The notes below the pieces were generated by a model that ran no database searches, was not told the DNA's origin, and saw only the letters and a program-made list of their open reading frames with translations. The position numbers were made by a program, and so were the translations under genes. Shown piece by piece: positions 12,882-26,825 of a DNA stretch of 64,000 nt; positions within the stretch are counted from its first letter, which is position 1; every line of letters starts with the position of its first letter. Origin of the DNA: Botryllus schlosseri (Eukaryota); the NCBI GenBank assembly GCA_051294905.1, contig CM119371.1, positions 33,854,001 through 33,918,000 on the forward strand. Direction: 5' to 3'.

Positions 12882-13343
12882 TATCTGTTCATTACATCGC
12901 ATTGTGTCTTATCGCATTGCTCAATGTTTGCGGTGTCTTGTTCAGAGGAAAATATAATCTGCCATCAAAACATTACATTGTCGTAGACTTGTATAGTATT
13001 CTATCTAAAGCAGTGGCTTACTGCTCCGTACCAATCTTTAGAACCTATATTGGCATTTATTGGCATAGGCTTAAATTATATCGCATGTGTTGGTGGATTG
13101 TGTATTACATCTAGGGTTGCATTTAAAACTAATTATTGTCTAAAAACACGTTGTTTAAAACAGTGTTTTAAACAAAAGCCTTTGGAAAAAATTGTGCTTG
13201 TTCAAGTTGCAATGTTATGCCATAATTGTGTTGTTGTTGTTGTTGTTTTTATTGTTGATTATTATTTGATTGGCCATTATAACGCAAGTGGTTTTGTTCG
13301 CCATATCCAAAAAACTCCAAGTTCGATTCATATCGGTAGCAAG

Positions 13344-14344
13344 TAGGGATGGTGTGAACCTCTGAAAGGTTCGGGTTCGTGCGAACGCGAACCTTTTTGA
13401 AAGGTTCTGTGTGAACACGAACGTGAACCTCGTGACGTCACGTGACGTCATATTGCTAATTCCAACCCTATCTTCCAATGAAGTGATAGCCTATATTAAT
13501 GTACACGATACCTAGCGAAGACTCGGTCCACATAATGCCACAATGCTGAAGTACATATTGGCGTTTTAAACGTCGCTAAATGTATCAACCGCGGTAATCA
13601 AAGAATATAATAATTGCATAAAATCAATACATTCCGTCGCTTTGCCAACAATTTCGACGAGGACTTATCAAGTAATATAAGTTTACGCCTTAACGGTCTT
13701 AGCCAGACCGGACAATGTGTTCGGAGTCTGAGTATTGCTACATTGATATTGAGCAGAGTGTACAACGGGTTTCTATACTCGCTACCGATACCACAAACTA
13801 CAACAAGTTATGCCGCAGTAGCAAGCACCTTAATCGCACGGATTTGGTTTTAATGATGTAGTAAAGATATGAAGTCAAGATTGACCCCGTACGCCCGTTC
13901 GATTTTTTACATCAGAAGACGATATCAATGTCATTGATTGGTTGAATAAGCATCATTCGCTGACTACGTATATATCGCTCGTGATGTTGTGTGATTGCGG
14001 GTGAAGCTCACAGCAGAGAGTCACTAAATATTCACAAACGGAAAGCTGTTTTTTCCGAGAAAATTTTTGCAACAAAGCAAGTAAAACTTTTAAGGTTGTC
14101 GAGGTGCATGGTGCATGCTCGTATAGCGTTGATTTTTTTATGGTGCCAGCACCATGCATGGAGTGGCCCGCAGTTGAAATGCAATAAATTTGAGCCAAAG
14201 ATCTTATAATGGAGTGAAAATTACAATTTACCAAAAGGTTCACAGTGCAGAACCTACCAAGGTTCTGTTGTGAACGCGAACCTCTAAATTTCCGAGGTTC
14301 ACACACAGAACGCGAACGTGAACCTCACGTTCACACCATCCCTA
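13344..14344. mobile_element. Non-autonomous hAT (Ac-type TAGGGATG ends)
   Basis: TIRs TAGGGATGGTGTGAAC / GTTCACACCATCCCTA, perfect TSD GTAGCAAG, subterminal GAACC/GGTTC repeats. Confidence 0.93.
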
Positions 14345-15894
14345 GTAGCAAGTTCTGCAGGGTCAGAGGCTCATTTGAGATTCTCCTCCCTCTCGTGCTC
14401 AGAACGTCTTTACAATAAAATGCCCAAAGAAAAACCTATCAAGGACCAATCCAAGGAAGATAATGAAAAGGGCTAGGAGGCGTAAAAAGGAAATATGAAG
14501 ACAGAAGACTGACATTAGGCTAATGGGGATGCCAGATTGAGAGACCGTAACTGTTCGTTCCGACATCATCCTTGTATCTGTTCACCGCGTTGCATAGTAC
14601 ATTGTGTGTCTTGATCGGGTGAAAATAATAAAACCACCAATAATACCACATTCAGAATTTGGATTCCCTAATTTTTGTTATAAGTCGACCTTGTTTACCA
14701 CCTTCGCTCGCGCCACTCCGGAGCAGTCCGATTGACACATTAGTGTGCCGCGCCACACCGCTTGAGAATAACTGTACTCGCAGTTAGCACAGTTTAATCA
14801 GTCCCTGCAAACCAGTATAATATCTTCAGCGGCGGAGACTATGGTAAACTGATATCATTTAGCTAACTTTACTACTCAATTCTGATATACAAACATTGGC
14901 TTCTCGATGCCTGCTTTTTTCTCTGATCGATCAACACATCCTCCAATTCAAGATCCCAGGAAATGCAATGTTACACTAAACTTACGAGGTATCTTGTTTG
15001 CCGGTGCGGTAGCAACTTCGTTTTTGCAATTCTACAAACTCGGCATTGAAATCAACGGATTAGATTTGTCCGACGTAGACCTCAAAATAACTGGAAGGTG
15101 TCGTAAGAGTCAATTATCACATAAAACACTATTATATTGAACTGTAGTAAAAGAGGAATTATCAGCAAGCACACTCTTGGCGAAATGAGTCTGTATTTCC
15201 ACCCGTGTACCACCCCTGATATACGGGTGGGATTATAAACTCATCGCACACGAAACCATAGAACCTATATCTCAGACTTATACCGCGGTACCAATCGACT
15301 ACAACATTTGAATCCAAACTATGCGTGCACGTAGGATTTATGACCGCGGAAATGAATACGCCAGTGTCCAGGCATCAGATGGATTTAGTGCTAGCTACCA
15401 CAAGAATAATTTTTCTAGTCGCCATGAAAATTTACAAATAAGTTGCAGCAATGCTGATAAATAAGTCCTAAATTTACAATTTATCAGAGAGCCATATTCT
15501 TCAAAAGAGCCATATATGACTCGCGAGACACAGGTTTCCGACACCTGCTTTAGATATTCGATATAGAATACGAAACCTCAGTAATTTGAGAAAAATTGAC
15601 ATGCTGCAACACACATAACCCACCTGCACATCTACAAGAAAAAACTTGGATCCCGCACCAATTTGTTGAATGTTCATGAGTAATATAAGCGTAAATAGCA
15701 CATCCGTTCAATTTAAATTATACAAAATGTTCGTTATGGAGAGCACGGAGCATGAGCAGCCCAGAGAACAACAATAACTGGCTATAGGTAGATACCACTC
15801 TAGCTATATCAACAAAAGTTCGGAGCAGAACTTCCTTTATGCACAATCTATTTTTTACATAAAAACGAAGGCTGAGGAATACCAGGCTGTACAA

Positions 15895-16558
15895 TAGGGC
15901 TCTTCAAAAATGATTTTTTTTTCTCAAATCGTACTGGCTACTTGATAAAATTGTTAGGTTACCTAATTTAGGCCTACGAACAAAATTTGGTTCAATTCCA
16001 GCCAGTAACCGCTTTGCTACAGGAGAAGAAAGTTTCTATTTATTATTTAAAAATAAATAATAAAAAATATGAAAATTTTTTGCTCACCCCGTAAAAGTGT
16101 CTATAGAAACGATGCTCACAAAATTTGGTTCAATTCCAACCAGTGGAAGCGGAGTTATTGCCGTCAAAAAATTTGGATTTGAATAAAATAGTATTTACGG
16201 TGACCACAACTATAATAAATAAACAAAGAATCGGTCACCGTAAATACTATTTTATTCAAATCCTAATTTTTCGACGGCAATAACTCCGCTTCCACCGGTT
16301 GGAATTGAACCAAATTTGGTGAGCATCGTTTCTATAGACACTAGACAGCCTAACACTTTCATGGGTTGAACAGAAAATTTTCAAATTTTTTATTATTTAT
16401 TTTTATATAATAAATAAAAACTTTCCTCTCTTGAAGCAAAGCGGTTACTGGCTGGAATTGAACCAATTTTTATTGTGTAGGCTTAAATTAGGTAACCTAA
16501 CAATTTTATCAAGTAGCCAGTACGATTTGAGAAAAAAAGTCATTTTTGAAGAGGCCTA
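15895..16558. mobile_element. Near-complete palindromic foldback MITE (arms about 315 bp)
   Basis: TAGGGCTCTTCAAAAATG...CATTTTTGAAGAGGCCTA, TSD CTGTACAA/ATGTACAA (7 of 8), short AT-rich spacer at about 16208-16231. Confidence 0.9.
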
Positions 16559-17887
16559 ATGTACAATCGTTGCATGACCGGTGCCACCCACAGTCAGAAC
16601 ATAGCAAGATATGGTATGGAACACGAAATCGCCATATTCCTTTATATTATCTTCTTTCCCTTTATATTCTGTGTGGATCCCTCCTTTTTACATGGCATAG
16701 GCCCATTTAGATGTTGATTTCAAAGACCACTTCAAGTCGTTTCGACTAGTCATATCTTTTCATTGCATCGCAATCTTTTGGTGTAATAATCTGAAAAATT
16801 GGTATTAAACTGAACTTAACTGAACCATAGCCACATTCCTCCGGATACTTTTTCATGCTCTCTCAGTCGCGCAACTTCGTAGATATTTTTCTATTTTTGA
16901 GATATGGAAATTCTCCGGCGTTTACATTCCATTTTTCGGATGAAATTTATCCAACTAAGCAGTTCTGCTGCATCTATTCTATTCCCAATTTCCTTGTTTC
17001 ATATCTCAGCGATGTACTGCTAAAAGAAGGGAAATAGACCCTTGACATGTAAAACCGGAGAGCTATCGCACTGCTAGCATTAGCACAGGCTACACAGAAC
17101 AACGGGATTGTCACGCTACCATAGATTAATTTCAGAACAGGATGTTACATCACTACGATATTAAAGTATCTGGCGAAACCGGATGATATGTCAATATCCC
17201 CGCACATGCATGTATGGATTATATTCGCTAGATTCAATAGCCAATACCAGTAGTATCCAACTTTTAGTGGTGTAACTGGAAAAACCCTTTCCTGCGGGCC
17301 TTGGGTAGATTAGTCCTATGCACATTGCACAGTTAGGTGCAAATTGTTCATAACTTCGGCCTCAATTCAGTGATAATGAGAGATCCAAATCACTACAAAA
17401 AGCGAGAAGTTGAAGATGAATGCATTTCAATCAATAAAGAATCAACTGACAGGTAGTTCTGTCTCTGCGTCGGAGGTAACGCATTATGTATTACTTGTCA
17501 TACTATGACGTTATTGTAATGAATTTGTCGCTCCCATTTTAAACATCACTTGAATCCGAGCATCCTAATTATAGGCCCCATGTATCAAATAAATCAACCG
17601 AATCATTCAAATGTTGGAGACAGCAGTAAATTATGTTGATGTCGTCCTCGTAAAGGAACGTGTAGAAGGCAAGTTTAACACTGTAAGCGTTTTGCTAAAA
17701 CGGTATTTAAAGGTAACATGCTGGTTATGATGATGTTAATATTGTGCGTTTTGAACCAAACGCAGTGTCAGCATATGTATGAGCCGATCGCTGCTTACAT
17801 ATTGAAATTTCCATCTTGTCCCAATAATCGACACAACCTATACCTCCATCCCTGATTTTGACGACTTGATTGGAGATGGCCAATAGG

Positions 17888-19161
17888 CAGAGGTGGTCAG
17901 TAACGAAGTACTTCTACTTTTTTGAAGTACTCAAGTAGTTTTCCTCTACTTCAGGTACTTACTCAGGTAGATCTGATTTTCGCTACTTCTATTTCGTAAT
18001 ATTTTATGATCTACTTACTTACTTTTCGCTATTTTCAGTTTGTCAAGTAGAAGTAGTTCAATATTCCAATCAGGAAGATAGCCTGAGGAGTTTCGAGCTG
18101 TTTTCACGGAGTATCAACATTTAATTTTCATAAAAGTTTAGTAAAGCCCAGAATTTTCGTCGCGCGCAGTGCTGGATACGGAGTAACCAGTATGATTTCA
18201 CGAAAGTATCGGTGAATATAATTTAGGTAGAGGGTTGGCGCGGTTCCGTTCACACCACATTGTCGCCCTTCGTCCATATCAAATAATTCATCACAGTATA
18301 TAACGTTTGAAACTGATGTTTTGCCATCTAGCATTTACTTGTCATATCGTAATCTAGCATGACCATGGCGTGTCCAAATCTGGAAAAGTGGACTCTGACT
18401 TTTTTTTACTTTTAGAGCTGTTTTAGCATAGCACTTTTGAAATTTTCTGGACTAAAAACATGAAATACATGTTCTGGTTTTAGAAGTAGTATATATATTT
18501 CACTTTCCATTCCCAGTATCATATACTTTGAGTTATAATTATTATCAGTTCTTTTGTCTGGATATCATACATGTTGAAGTATAAAAGCAAGTGTAGTAAT
18601 GCCTTAAATTTCTGGAAATAAAGCTACACAATATGGCATTTTCACGATCCACTATATTTTTTATTAACGTTTACTAATCGCGCAAAGTGTTTACACCGTA
18701 TTCTATACAACTTCTCCGTATTGCTCTTCGACTAAACTACGAACCTTATAATATGGGGAATGGCGCCACACCATGCTATTTTCTAAAACGTACTGTTCGA
18801 GAAAACATAGGATTAGCATCGCACTTCCATATGAATACTATCATTTTCATCCCATGATGTGGACGAATACTCATGCTAGCGAAAATTGGATACCTGCCGG
18901 TATGAATCAATCTGAATCAAGCTCGTCACCTATCGCATAGCTCAATTTGCACCTTTTTACAGTCCATGTGAACGAATTAGGATCGTTTTCATAACTACTT
19001 ACTTACTTGAGTACTTTTAAAGTCAGTCAATTCTACTTCTACTTCAAGTAGCTTTAGGTTGCTTATGGAAGAAGTACTTCTACTCGAACTTGAGTAGATT
19101 TTTTTCGTCGCTACTTCTACTTCTACTTGAGTAGATTTCTTGACTACTTTGACCACCTCTG
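17888..19161. mobile_element. CAGAGGTGGTC-family hAT-like element, full copy
   Basis: TIRs CAGAGGTGGTCA / TGACCACCTCTG, perfect TSD CCAATAGG, (TACT/AGTA)n subterminal arrays. Homologous to 62543-63604 and 35282-35590. Confidence 0.93.
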
Positions 19162-19239
19162 CCAATAGGGTTGTCGAAAATTTGGAAAATCTTACAAATC
19201 CTCCGTTGTAATGTCTGATCTTATAAATTATTGATAAAA

Positions 19240-20718
19240 AACGACACTAGACCTGAAAGAAGCTCACTAGGCCGTTAAGATTTCGTTCAAAGTGTTTGAA
19301 AGTAGCTGCCGAAGAATGGGCTTGCCACCGACCATAGAACGGCAAGAAGACTAGTAATCGCGAAACCACGGATCTTGATTGGCTAATCGGCTATGCTTCA
19401 ATGACCACGGCAGCAGCAGCTTGCTGATTAGGTGATCAAGGAAGGAGTCTGCTACCGGCGGCGATTATGATAGCGCATTGCATGTAGGTTGACAGAAAAG
19501 GATTAAGGATTGATTCAGGGTATGTTGAGGTACCAAATACGTGATGAACAAACAACTGCTGCTTCACAAAAACGTCTGAAGCATGACCGCTTTATTGTGA
19601 AGGTAGCCACCGTACCCAACATGACTTGTTTTCAACGAGGGAAAGCATATGAGCTTATGCGAGTGGCGTAGTTTCAGAAAGGATTTATCATTATTGAATA
19701 CAAACATAAAGCTTAACAATGACACTATAATTTGTGTGATCGTATTGGGCTCAGGTTATAGTACATAGTTGAAGTTTTGACAGCTCTAAGGATCGGCTGA
19801 ATCAGCAGGTTATGCTTTGCACTTATCAGGTGCTCACATCAAATTGTATTCACTTGCAAGTGTTGTCAAAGTCCTTAATGATGACGCAGAAAAGAAGTGT
19901 AAAAGTGAGCACATACTATGCTGGATATGATATGTTAATGATATGCCAAAGTCCTTAATAATCGCGCCGAAAAGGGGTGAACAGGTAAGCACAGACAATG
20001 CTGCTTAGTGCATAGTATCCAGCATAGTTTGTATATCATATCAAGCATAGTCTGTGCTTACGTTTACACCTCGTTTCTGCGGCATCATTAAGGACTTACA
20101 AGTGAATTCAATTTGCTGTAAACATCTCATAAGTGCCAAGCCTAATAGTCTGATTCAGCCGATCCCTAGAGCATTCCCAACTTCAACTATGTACTACCTA
20201 CAACCTGAGCCCAATAAGATGACACAAATTATAGCTTCGTTGTTAAGCTTTATATTTGTATTCAATAATGATAAATCCTTTCTGAAACTACCCCAATTGC
20301 ATAAGCTCCTATGCTTTCCCTCGTTGAAAACAAGGCATGTGGGGTACGGCTGTTTCCTTCGCAATAAAGCGGTCATGCTTTAGACGTTTTTGTGAAGCAG
20401 CTGTTGTTTGTTCATCGTGTATTTGGTGCTTCAACATACCCTGAATCAATCCCTAATCCTTTTCTGTCAACCTACATACAATGCGCTTTCAGAATCGCCG
20501 CCGGTAGCAGACTCCTTGATCACCTAATCAGCAAGCTGCTGCTGCCGTGGTCGTTGAAGCATAGCCGATTAGCCAATCAAGAGCCGTGGTTTCGTGATTA
20601 CTAGTCTTCTCGCCGTTCTATGGTCGGTGGCGCGCCCATTCTTTGGAAGCTACTTTCAAACGCTTTGCACGAAATCTTAACGGCCTTTCTGTGAGCTTCT
20701 TTTAGGCCCAGTGTCGTT
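19240..20718. mobile_element. Large foldback element with about 680-bp inverted arms
   Basis: 19240 to about 19920 is the reverse complement of about 20050-20718 (e.g. GGCTAATCGGCTATGCTTCAA / TTGAAGCATAGCCGATTAGCC). Exact ends and TSD are uncertain. Confidence 0.85.
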
Positions 20719-21589
20719 GTATAATTTCGCCAAATTAGAGCTAAATGCCAGTAATCTAATTCTAATCTAATTTGCGAAATGTTTCTATTCTATAATTCTA
20801 ATTGTAATCTAATTTGTAAAATATTCCTATGTTCTAATTCGAATTCGAATTTAATTTGTTAACCGTTGCTGTGCTCTAATTTTACTTCTAATCCAATTTG
20901 CTGTTTTCCTGAAAATGCCTCTGTCCGCGGCAATTTGCAGCGAGATGACAAGAATCTCCAGAGCCAAAGCCGACATGGCATTACTTACACCGTACAGTCA
21001 TAGTAGTAATTGTGACGACGATAAGCAATGCTGGCAAAATAGTTTGTAGTCTGCGAACAACATTCTAGTTTCGATCAAAACAGCGACGAACAGCAGCGAA
21101 GAAATGGAGATAGTTATTACAGGCTGTTCACTTTCATGCTCTCAACTACATCAAGACAAAAGACCGAAGAAAATATATAAGCAAATAAAGTGGAAGTATA
21201 CTTCGAAGCAGAGCGTGAGAGCATGGACTCCGGACTGTGATGTTTTGAGTTCGAAAATATAATATCATTTTCCTAATCTCAGCGCTGCTGCTCGAGAACT
21301 CGTAGGCATGACTGCAACATCCGCTCAACCGAAATAAATTTTCATTCATGGTCGCCAACTAAAGTCGGTCCAGGAGATACTGGAATCGTTTACAAGAAAA
21401 ATTCCTTTGAGACGCTTGCGGTGGGAAATTTGTTGCAAATACATTACTCCGACAAAGTATTGCAGTCCGGTGGTTCTCAACCTTTATCTGCTCACGGACA
21501 CGTAAAATATCATAAAATACTTGGCGGATCGGTGGATCTTCAAATATTAAAATCGATTTGAAATGTATAAGTATCCAACCCGGTATCCA

Positions 21590-21800
21590 ACAAGGTGTCA
21601 ACATAAGTATCATAGGCCCCGATCCTACCGTCTTTTGCAAGTGGTACTGCAGAGTGAAAAACTGAAGGTTTTGTTCGTAATAAAATATGCAGTTTCATGA
21701 TAGTGTATCTGCGGAGTCGAAGTAAAATGACTAGCCTATATAAACATGCTAACGCCGAGACTCGATTATAGTCGCCCGCATCAAAGGCTTAACCGACTAT
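21590..21800. repeat. Interspersed repeat fragment, inverted copy at about 41975-42210
   Basis: AAGGTGTCAACATAAGTATC...CCGAGACTCGATTATAGTC matches the reverse complement of 41975-42210. It is preceded by a hAT-like end (GTGGTTCTCAACC) near 21469. Confidence 0.7.
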
Positions 21801-21913
21801 GCCAACTCGAATGATATACTTCACTTCGACAATATCAAGATGGAAAAGTTTTGTCGTGATAGCTTGCTCCTTTCCCAATAGCACCAGACGTACTAAGAAT
21901 CAGACATGGGGTA

Positions 21914-22878
21914 GGGGAGATGTGGTACCGATGGATCAAAAATTGGAAAATGATCGCTGGCCCCAAAATGTTCAGCCGAAAACAGCAGGTCTTTTGCTGG
22001 CTCAGCACTTTGATACAAGCTCTACCTATCGCGCACATATACATGAATATCCGTCTTTTCAAAAAATATTTATGGACGTTCAAAATTTGTTGCTCGAACG
22101 TGTCATCGGTCCCCATCCGGTGGGTCCAATGGCACACGACCCGGGGACCTATGACACATATACCCTAAATACCTCAGATGTGACAACTTTTCTTGCTCAG
22201 TATTATAATCTAAGCTACAGTAAGCCAAAGAAGAATGTTTGATCGCAACCGTCAAGAAATAGAATAGACATTAACTCAAATTTTGTCATAAAATCACGTT
22301 TCGATTTAGGCTCGGACTTATAAATTTGAGGGTATACATACATATTGCCCGAAAATCGACAGTGTGACTTCCAAGCACCTCGTTATAGCGATAAAACATC
22401 ATATGCAATTTATTACATAAAGATTTTCTGTACTTAGGCATGTTTCATTTGTTTTATGATTAGTATGCTTGATTATTTTGCTTGATTTGGCTATTGTATC
22501 ATCGGTCCCCACCCTACGAATTTTTGACATGGATCGAAAAAAAGACCACTTAAGGAAATTGCTGGAAAAAATAATAGGTTCCATTATATAGCCTGACACA
22601 AGCCCTGCACTTCACAATAAAAATGATTGCTGGTTTGTTCCTGTTGAAGGTTACAAAGAAAAATGTATATGTCGATATAAATTTACTTTACACCCCCAAA
22701 AACAAAAAACATCTGTGAGAGACCCTATAACTCGCGCACGTCGAATTTTTTTGTATGTGAGGAAAGATTTTGCCAGCAAGCAATTGTAGACAAGTTCACG
22801 GAGTGTAATCATGAAATTATCATAGAGAATTTTCAAAGTATTTTCGGTCCCAGTGATCCATCGGTACCACATCTCCCC
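21914..22878. mobile_element. 965-bp TA-targeting DNA element, copy 1
   Basis: TIRs GGGGAGATGTGGTACCGATGGATCA / TGATCCATCGGTACCACATCTCCCC flanked by TA. Second copy, inverted, at 47938-48901. Confidence 0.92.
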
Positions 22879-24379
22879 TAATCATGATTAGTAATCGTAA
22901 TCGATTACGACGATTACAGCATTTTCAAGTAATCGCAATCGCAATCGATTACATTCGAAAAAAATCCGAAGTAATCGTAATCGACTACTTCCCATATCTA
23001 ATCGATTTCTCTGTGAGAGAACGATTACTTTTTATTTGTACAAGGACTATGACATAAACTGAACATTCGCGAACAAGGAAAAGATGTTATACCAGGTTCG
23101 TGACAGCACAAACGTCTGATTTTCAAACACCACTGCTCATTATTACGTCAGAAGCAGCCTATTAACTTTGAGCGTCACTGTGTAAGAAGTATCCACAGTA
23201 AATAGATATTCGATGTACGTACGTCGTCCATTAGTCTGATTGTAAGAACACCCGCCGTGCTGTATATCGGGTTATCAACGCGTTCCACACGCCACTACCT
23301 CGCAGCAGTATAATTTATCTCCGCTCTGCCTATAGTTTAAAATAGTAACTTATGCGTTGATGTTTGGTTATGCTTATTCTTAGTTAAACGCAGTTTGACC
23401 GTTGCTGCTTGGCGAGCAGAAGGCTTCTCCAGTCTACGTACGTACGTCGTACACCAGATAAAGATTTGAAATTTTGTACTCGTCAAATAAAACATTGCGG
23501 TTTCCACAACGAAGCAGTAAAAATCAACAGCTGGTGCTATAGTTGCCATTTCTCGTAACGGCGGCTTGCAGTACAATATCTGTATTAAGTTGAAGGCAGA
23601 ATTTTATATTCGATTCGTCTTATTCTCATACGACTCTACTTGAAACGGGCGTCTATCGTTATTTCATAATTCTTTATTCAACATTTGGACCTGCCGCCAT
23701 GGCTTATATATCATGTTAGCGTGGGTTGTAGCTGGAACCAGAACCAAAACAGCAATTCGTCCCTCAGTCCAAACGTTGGACTTTGGCTCCCGTAGGGTTG
23801 TAATCTCAAGTTGAAGACTGAATTTCGTCAAGAAATTTAGTAATTGCAATATAGCTGGTTCGTGGTACAGAACTTGAATATAGCTTTCAATACAACATCC
23901 ATTGTAGCAGTATATTTATTAAACTCGAAGACTTTTCGGGTGCCTCTTTTCAAGAGTTATCGGCACACTAAAGGGATTTAAACAGATTTAAAAGCAAAAC
24001 CAAAAAGGCAAAGTATGACGCAACAATGAAAATCACAGACCATGAAATTCGCATCGTATCAATGGCAACAATAACAAACTACGAAGTATACGGACATACG
24101 GTACTATAGTAGCAGCACAATTTGTAAATAAACAATTACACGCACGGAACAACACGCACTAATGAGAAATTTGTAGGTTATAGAGGAAATCTTTCTGTCT
24201 GCATAAAATAGGTTTGCTCAACTGAATAATAGTAGACTCCAACACTTTTAAATGAAACACAGACCTACCACGCGCAATGACAGTGAACATATTGTCATCA
24301 TAGTGCTGTGCACAATTGCAATATATTATTAATAATTTTTAATCCTCTCTCAGCCCGCGATGGTCAGATATACCTGCAG

Positions 24380-25182
24380 AGTTTATTTGTTTTAGGTATA
24401 GTCATGGTGTTTGTCGACCACCACAGACATTTACACCAGGCCGATTTTATGCATTTTCAATTCCGTATCTGTCAACTTGTATCACGACCCAATTCTCAGA
24501 CTTTTGTAAGACACCGCTTACGTGAAAGAGGCGGCGAGGAGAGGCCTAGATAAACCTCCAACACTTGGGGAGAAATTACGAAGTCGACCTCGTTCAGACT
24601 CGAACCCGCAACCCATTGATGTTGCAGTCGTGGATTATACCATTGCTAGGGCCGGGCACGATGATTCGAGTACTCGAATCTGAATCGAGTAATAATTTTA
24701 ATGATTCGAGTCGAGTGTAGTAAAATACCACTTTTTCGAGTACTGAAATTACGCTTCTCGCCACTGAAAGTTAATTTATCAACAAGAATTATAGTCTCGA
24801 TACTAATTTTCACTATTGAAGCCTTGAAACCTTGATTGGCGGTATCGTAGCATACGAAACATATAGTCCAAAGCTACGAAGGTGACTGGACGTAGCACAT
24901 TTCGGAAGTCATGATCATCGCACAACATTGTCACCAAGTGGAATGAAATCGGTAGGGTCGAAAAATACCAAAGTATCATTTATGAGATGGAAAAAAGGCA
25001 TCGTATTCTTTGTGGTGGCATAAACGGTATATATTAGAACTTTGACATATTACATTCTGATATGACGTCATAATGAGTGATACTCGATTACTCGACTCGA
25101 CTCGAAGCATATTACGTGATTCAGAATCGAATCACTCAGGTACTCGATTTTGCCCAGCCCTAACCATTGCGCTATCTCGCCA
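24380..25182 (-). mobile_element. tRNA-derived SINE, family B, split by a hAT MITE
   Basis: Reverse strand reads GGCGAGATAGCGCAATGG (A box) ... GGTTCGAGTCT (B box). The body matches 53408-53505 plus 58367-58520. Confidence 0.7.
24647..25162. mobile_element. hAT-type MITE inserted in the SINE A box
   Basis: TIRs TAGGGCCGGGCA / TGCCCAGCCCTA, perfect TSD ACCATTGC, TCGAGT subterminal repeats. Confidence 0.92.
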
Positions 25183-25866
25183 CACAATTACCTACCTGTA
25201 GAGCTCGGGCAACGTGATTCATAATTATGACCTCTGGTTTCTTGTTATAATTACTTTAGTGTATGTTCGTAATTCGTGACTTCCGGTTAGTTATATAATC
25301 AAAAGATATTATAGTGGCTCAAACGTAGCAGACTAAAAGAAAACTTTCGTGAGACGCATAAACAAATTGTCATGTCTTTATATCTGACTGCATGTATAGC
25401 AACTTAAGTTGTAAATTACTATACGGTCAGTGGCCACATTAACTACAATATGACTTGAAAACATTTCATCATGGTTAAAAAGCATTTATTCAATGCGGCC
25501 GTTGAACTTAACAATCAAGTCAAATATTCAATTGGTTTGCTGGTCAGATAGCGTTGTCAAACGTGTTGTAACACCACCTGCACTTAATTAAGTCTGGTGG
25601 TGAGCTGACTTAAATTTGAGTGCCGATCCAGACGCATTTGAGTGGCGTTTATAATTTAGAGTGAAGACCAATGTCTTTGGTGTCGAGTAGCGATTCTCTA
25701 CTCGGCAACGATTTCGTTACTCAACACACGTCAAAAAGTATGCTCACAGATCCCAAGCAAAGCAAGTGAAATTTTTGAATATCAATTTTTTTGTTATAGA
25801 TTGATTTTTTATTATTTTTGTTGGATTTTCCAACGTCAAGGGGAGCCCCAAGTTGTTAGCTTAGAG

Positions 25867-26255
25867 CAGTGGTTCCCAACCTTTTTCGACCCATCGCCCC
25901 CTTTTCAAGGTCAACAACGATCATCGCCCCCCAAATTTTGTGCACCGATAATTGGGCATACAGACTGTAATCACCAACGGGTTGACTAAAAAAAAAAAAA
26001 AAAAAAGGTCATCTTTCACCGCTCAGAGCTGAAAATAACGTTTTTTCGCTCCGCATTGCTAGGTGGATGACTAAAAAAAAAAAGGTCAGCCGTTTTTACG
26101 CGTCATCGCCCCCCTATCGCCCCCTTCGCTATTTTCGCCCCCCGTCGCCCCCTTTGTCCATTTTCGCCCCCCTGTCGCCCCCTTCGTCATTTTCGCCCCC
26201 CTAGATCGCCAAATCGCCCCCTGGGGGGCGATATCGCCCACGTTGGGAACCACTG
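25867..26255. mobile_element. hAT (Charlie/Buster-type) MITE with TCGCCCCC arrays
   Basis: TIRs CAGTGGTTCCCAAC / GTTGGGAACCACTG, perfect TSD GCTTAGAG. Confidence 0.93.
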
Positions 26256-26825
26256 GCTTAGAGCCACATGTGGCTCTCAGACCCGCGGTTGGCAATCATT
26301 GATCTAGAGAGGATTTTCAAGGTAATTAAATCTCTCGAAAACACTCTATAACTTATGTTGGTTTACGAAATACTTTTTGAGTCCCCTTCGCGCTCGCTCT
26401 CCACCCTATTGGGAAATTTGGAGTGCGGCAGTTATGGCCCTGGCAAGAATGCAAATCGTTGGGCGCGATAAATTGACCTCTGTGAAAATGGGCAATGGAA
26501 ACATTATGACGTAACAAACAAATGACGCATCTTTTTTAAAGGGAGTTTGTTATCTCATTAGGCCTTTTCAGCGCAATCCATATATTGCCTTCAAACATAG
26601 CTTCTAAGATGCAAAATAAAAGTAATCGTGAGTAATCGTGATTACTTTTCCAATGTAATCGTAATCGTAATCGACTACTTCCTGATTTTGCTGTAATCGT
26701 AATCGTAATCGCGTCATTCAGAAGTAATCGTAATCGCGTCATTCAGAAGTAATCGTAATCGCAATCGATTACATTCATGAAGTAATCACCCCAGGTCTGC
26801 TAAGAATACAATGTGCCGCACAGAA

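Larger units (their letters stand above)
21901..26799. mobile_element. 4.9-kb hAT-like element with (GTAATC)n subterminal arrays, expanded by nested insertions
   Basis: Left end CAGACATGGGGTA|ATC (interrupted by an insertion), right end GTAATCACCCCAGGTCTG, perfect TSD CTAAGAAT (21893-21900 / 26800-26807). GTAATC arrays at 22890-23030 and 26620-26790. Confidence 0.85.

Noticed and set aside
21799..22242. 147-aa ORF
   Set aside because: It crosses the junctions of nested non-coding elements, and the sister copy does not keep the frame.
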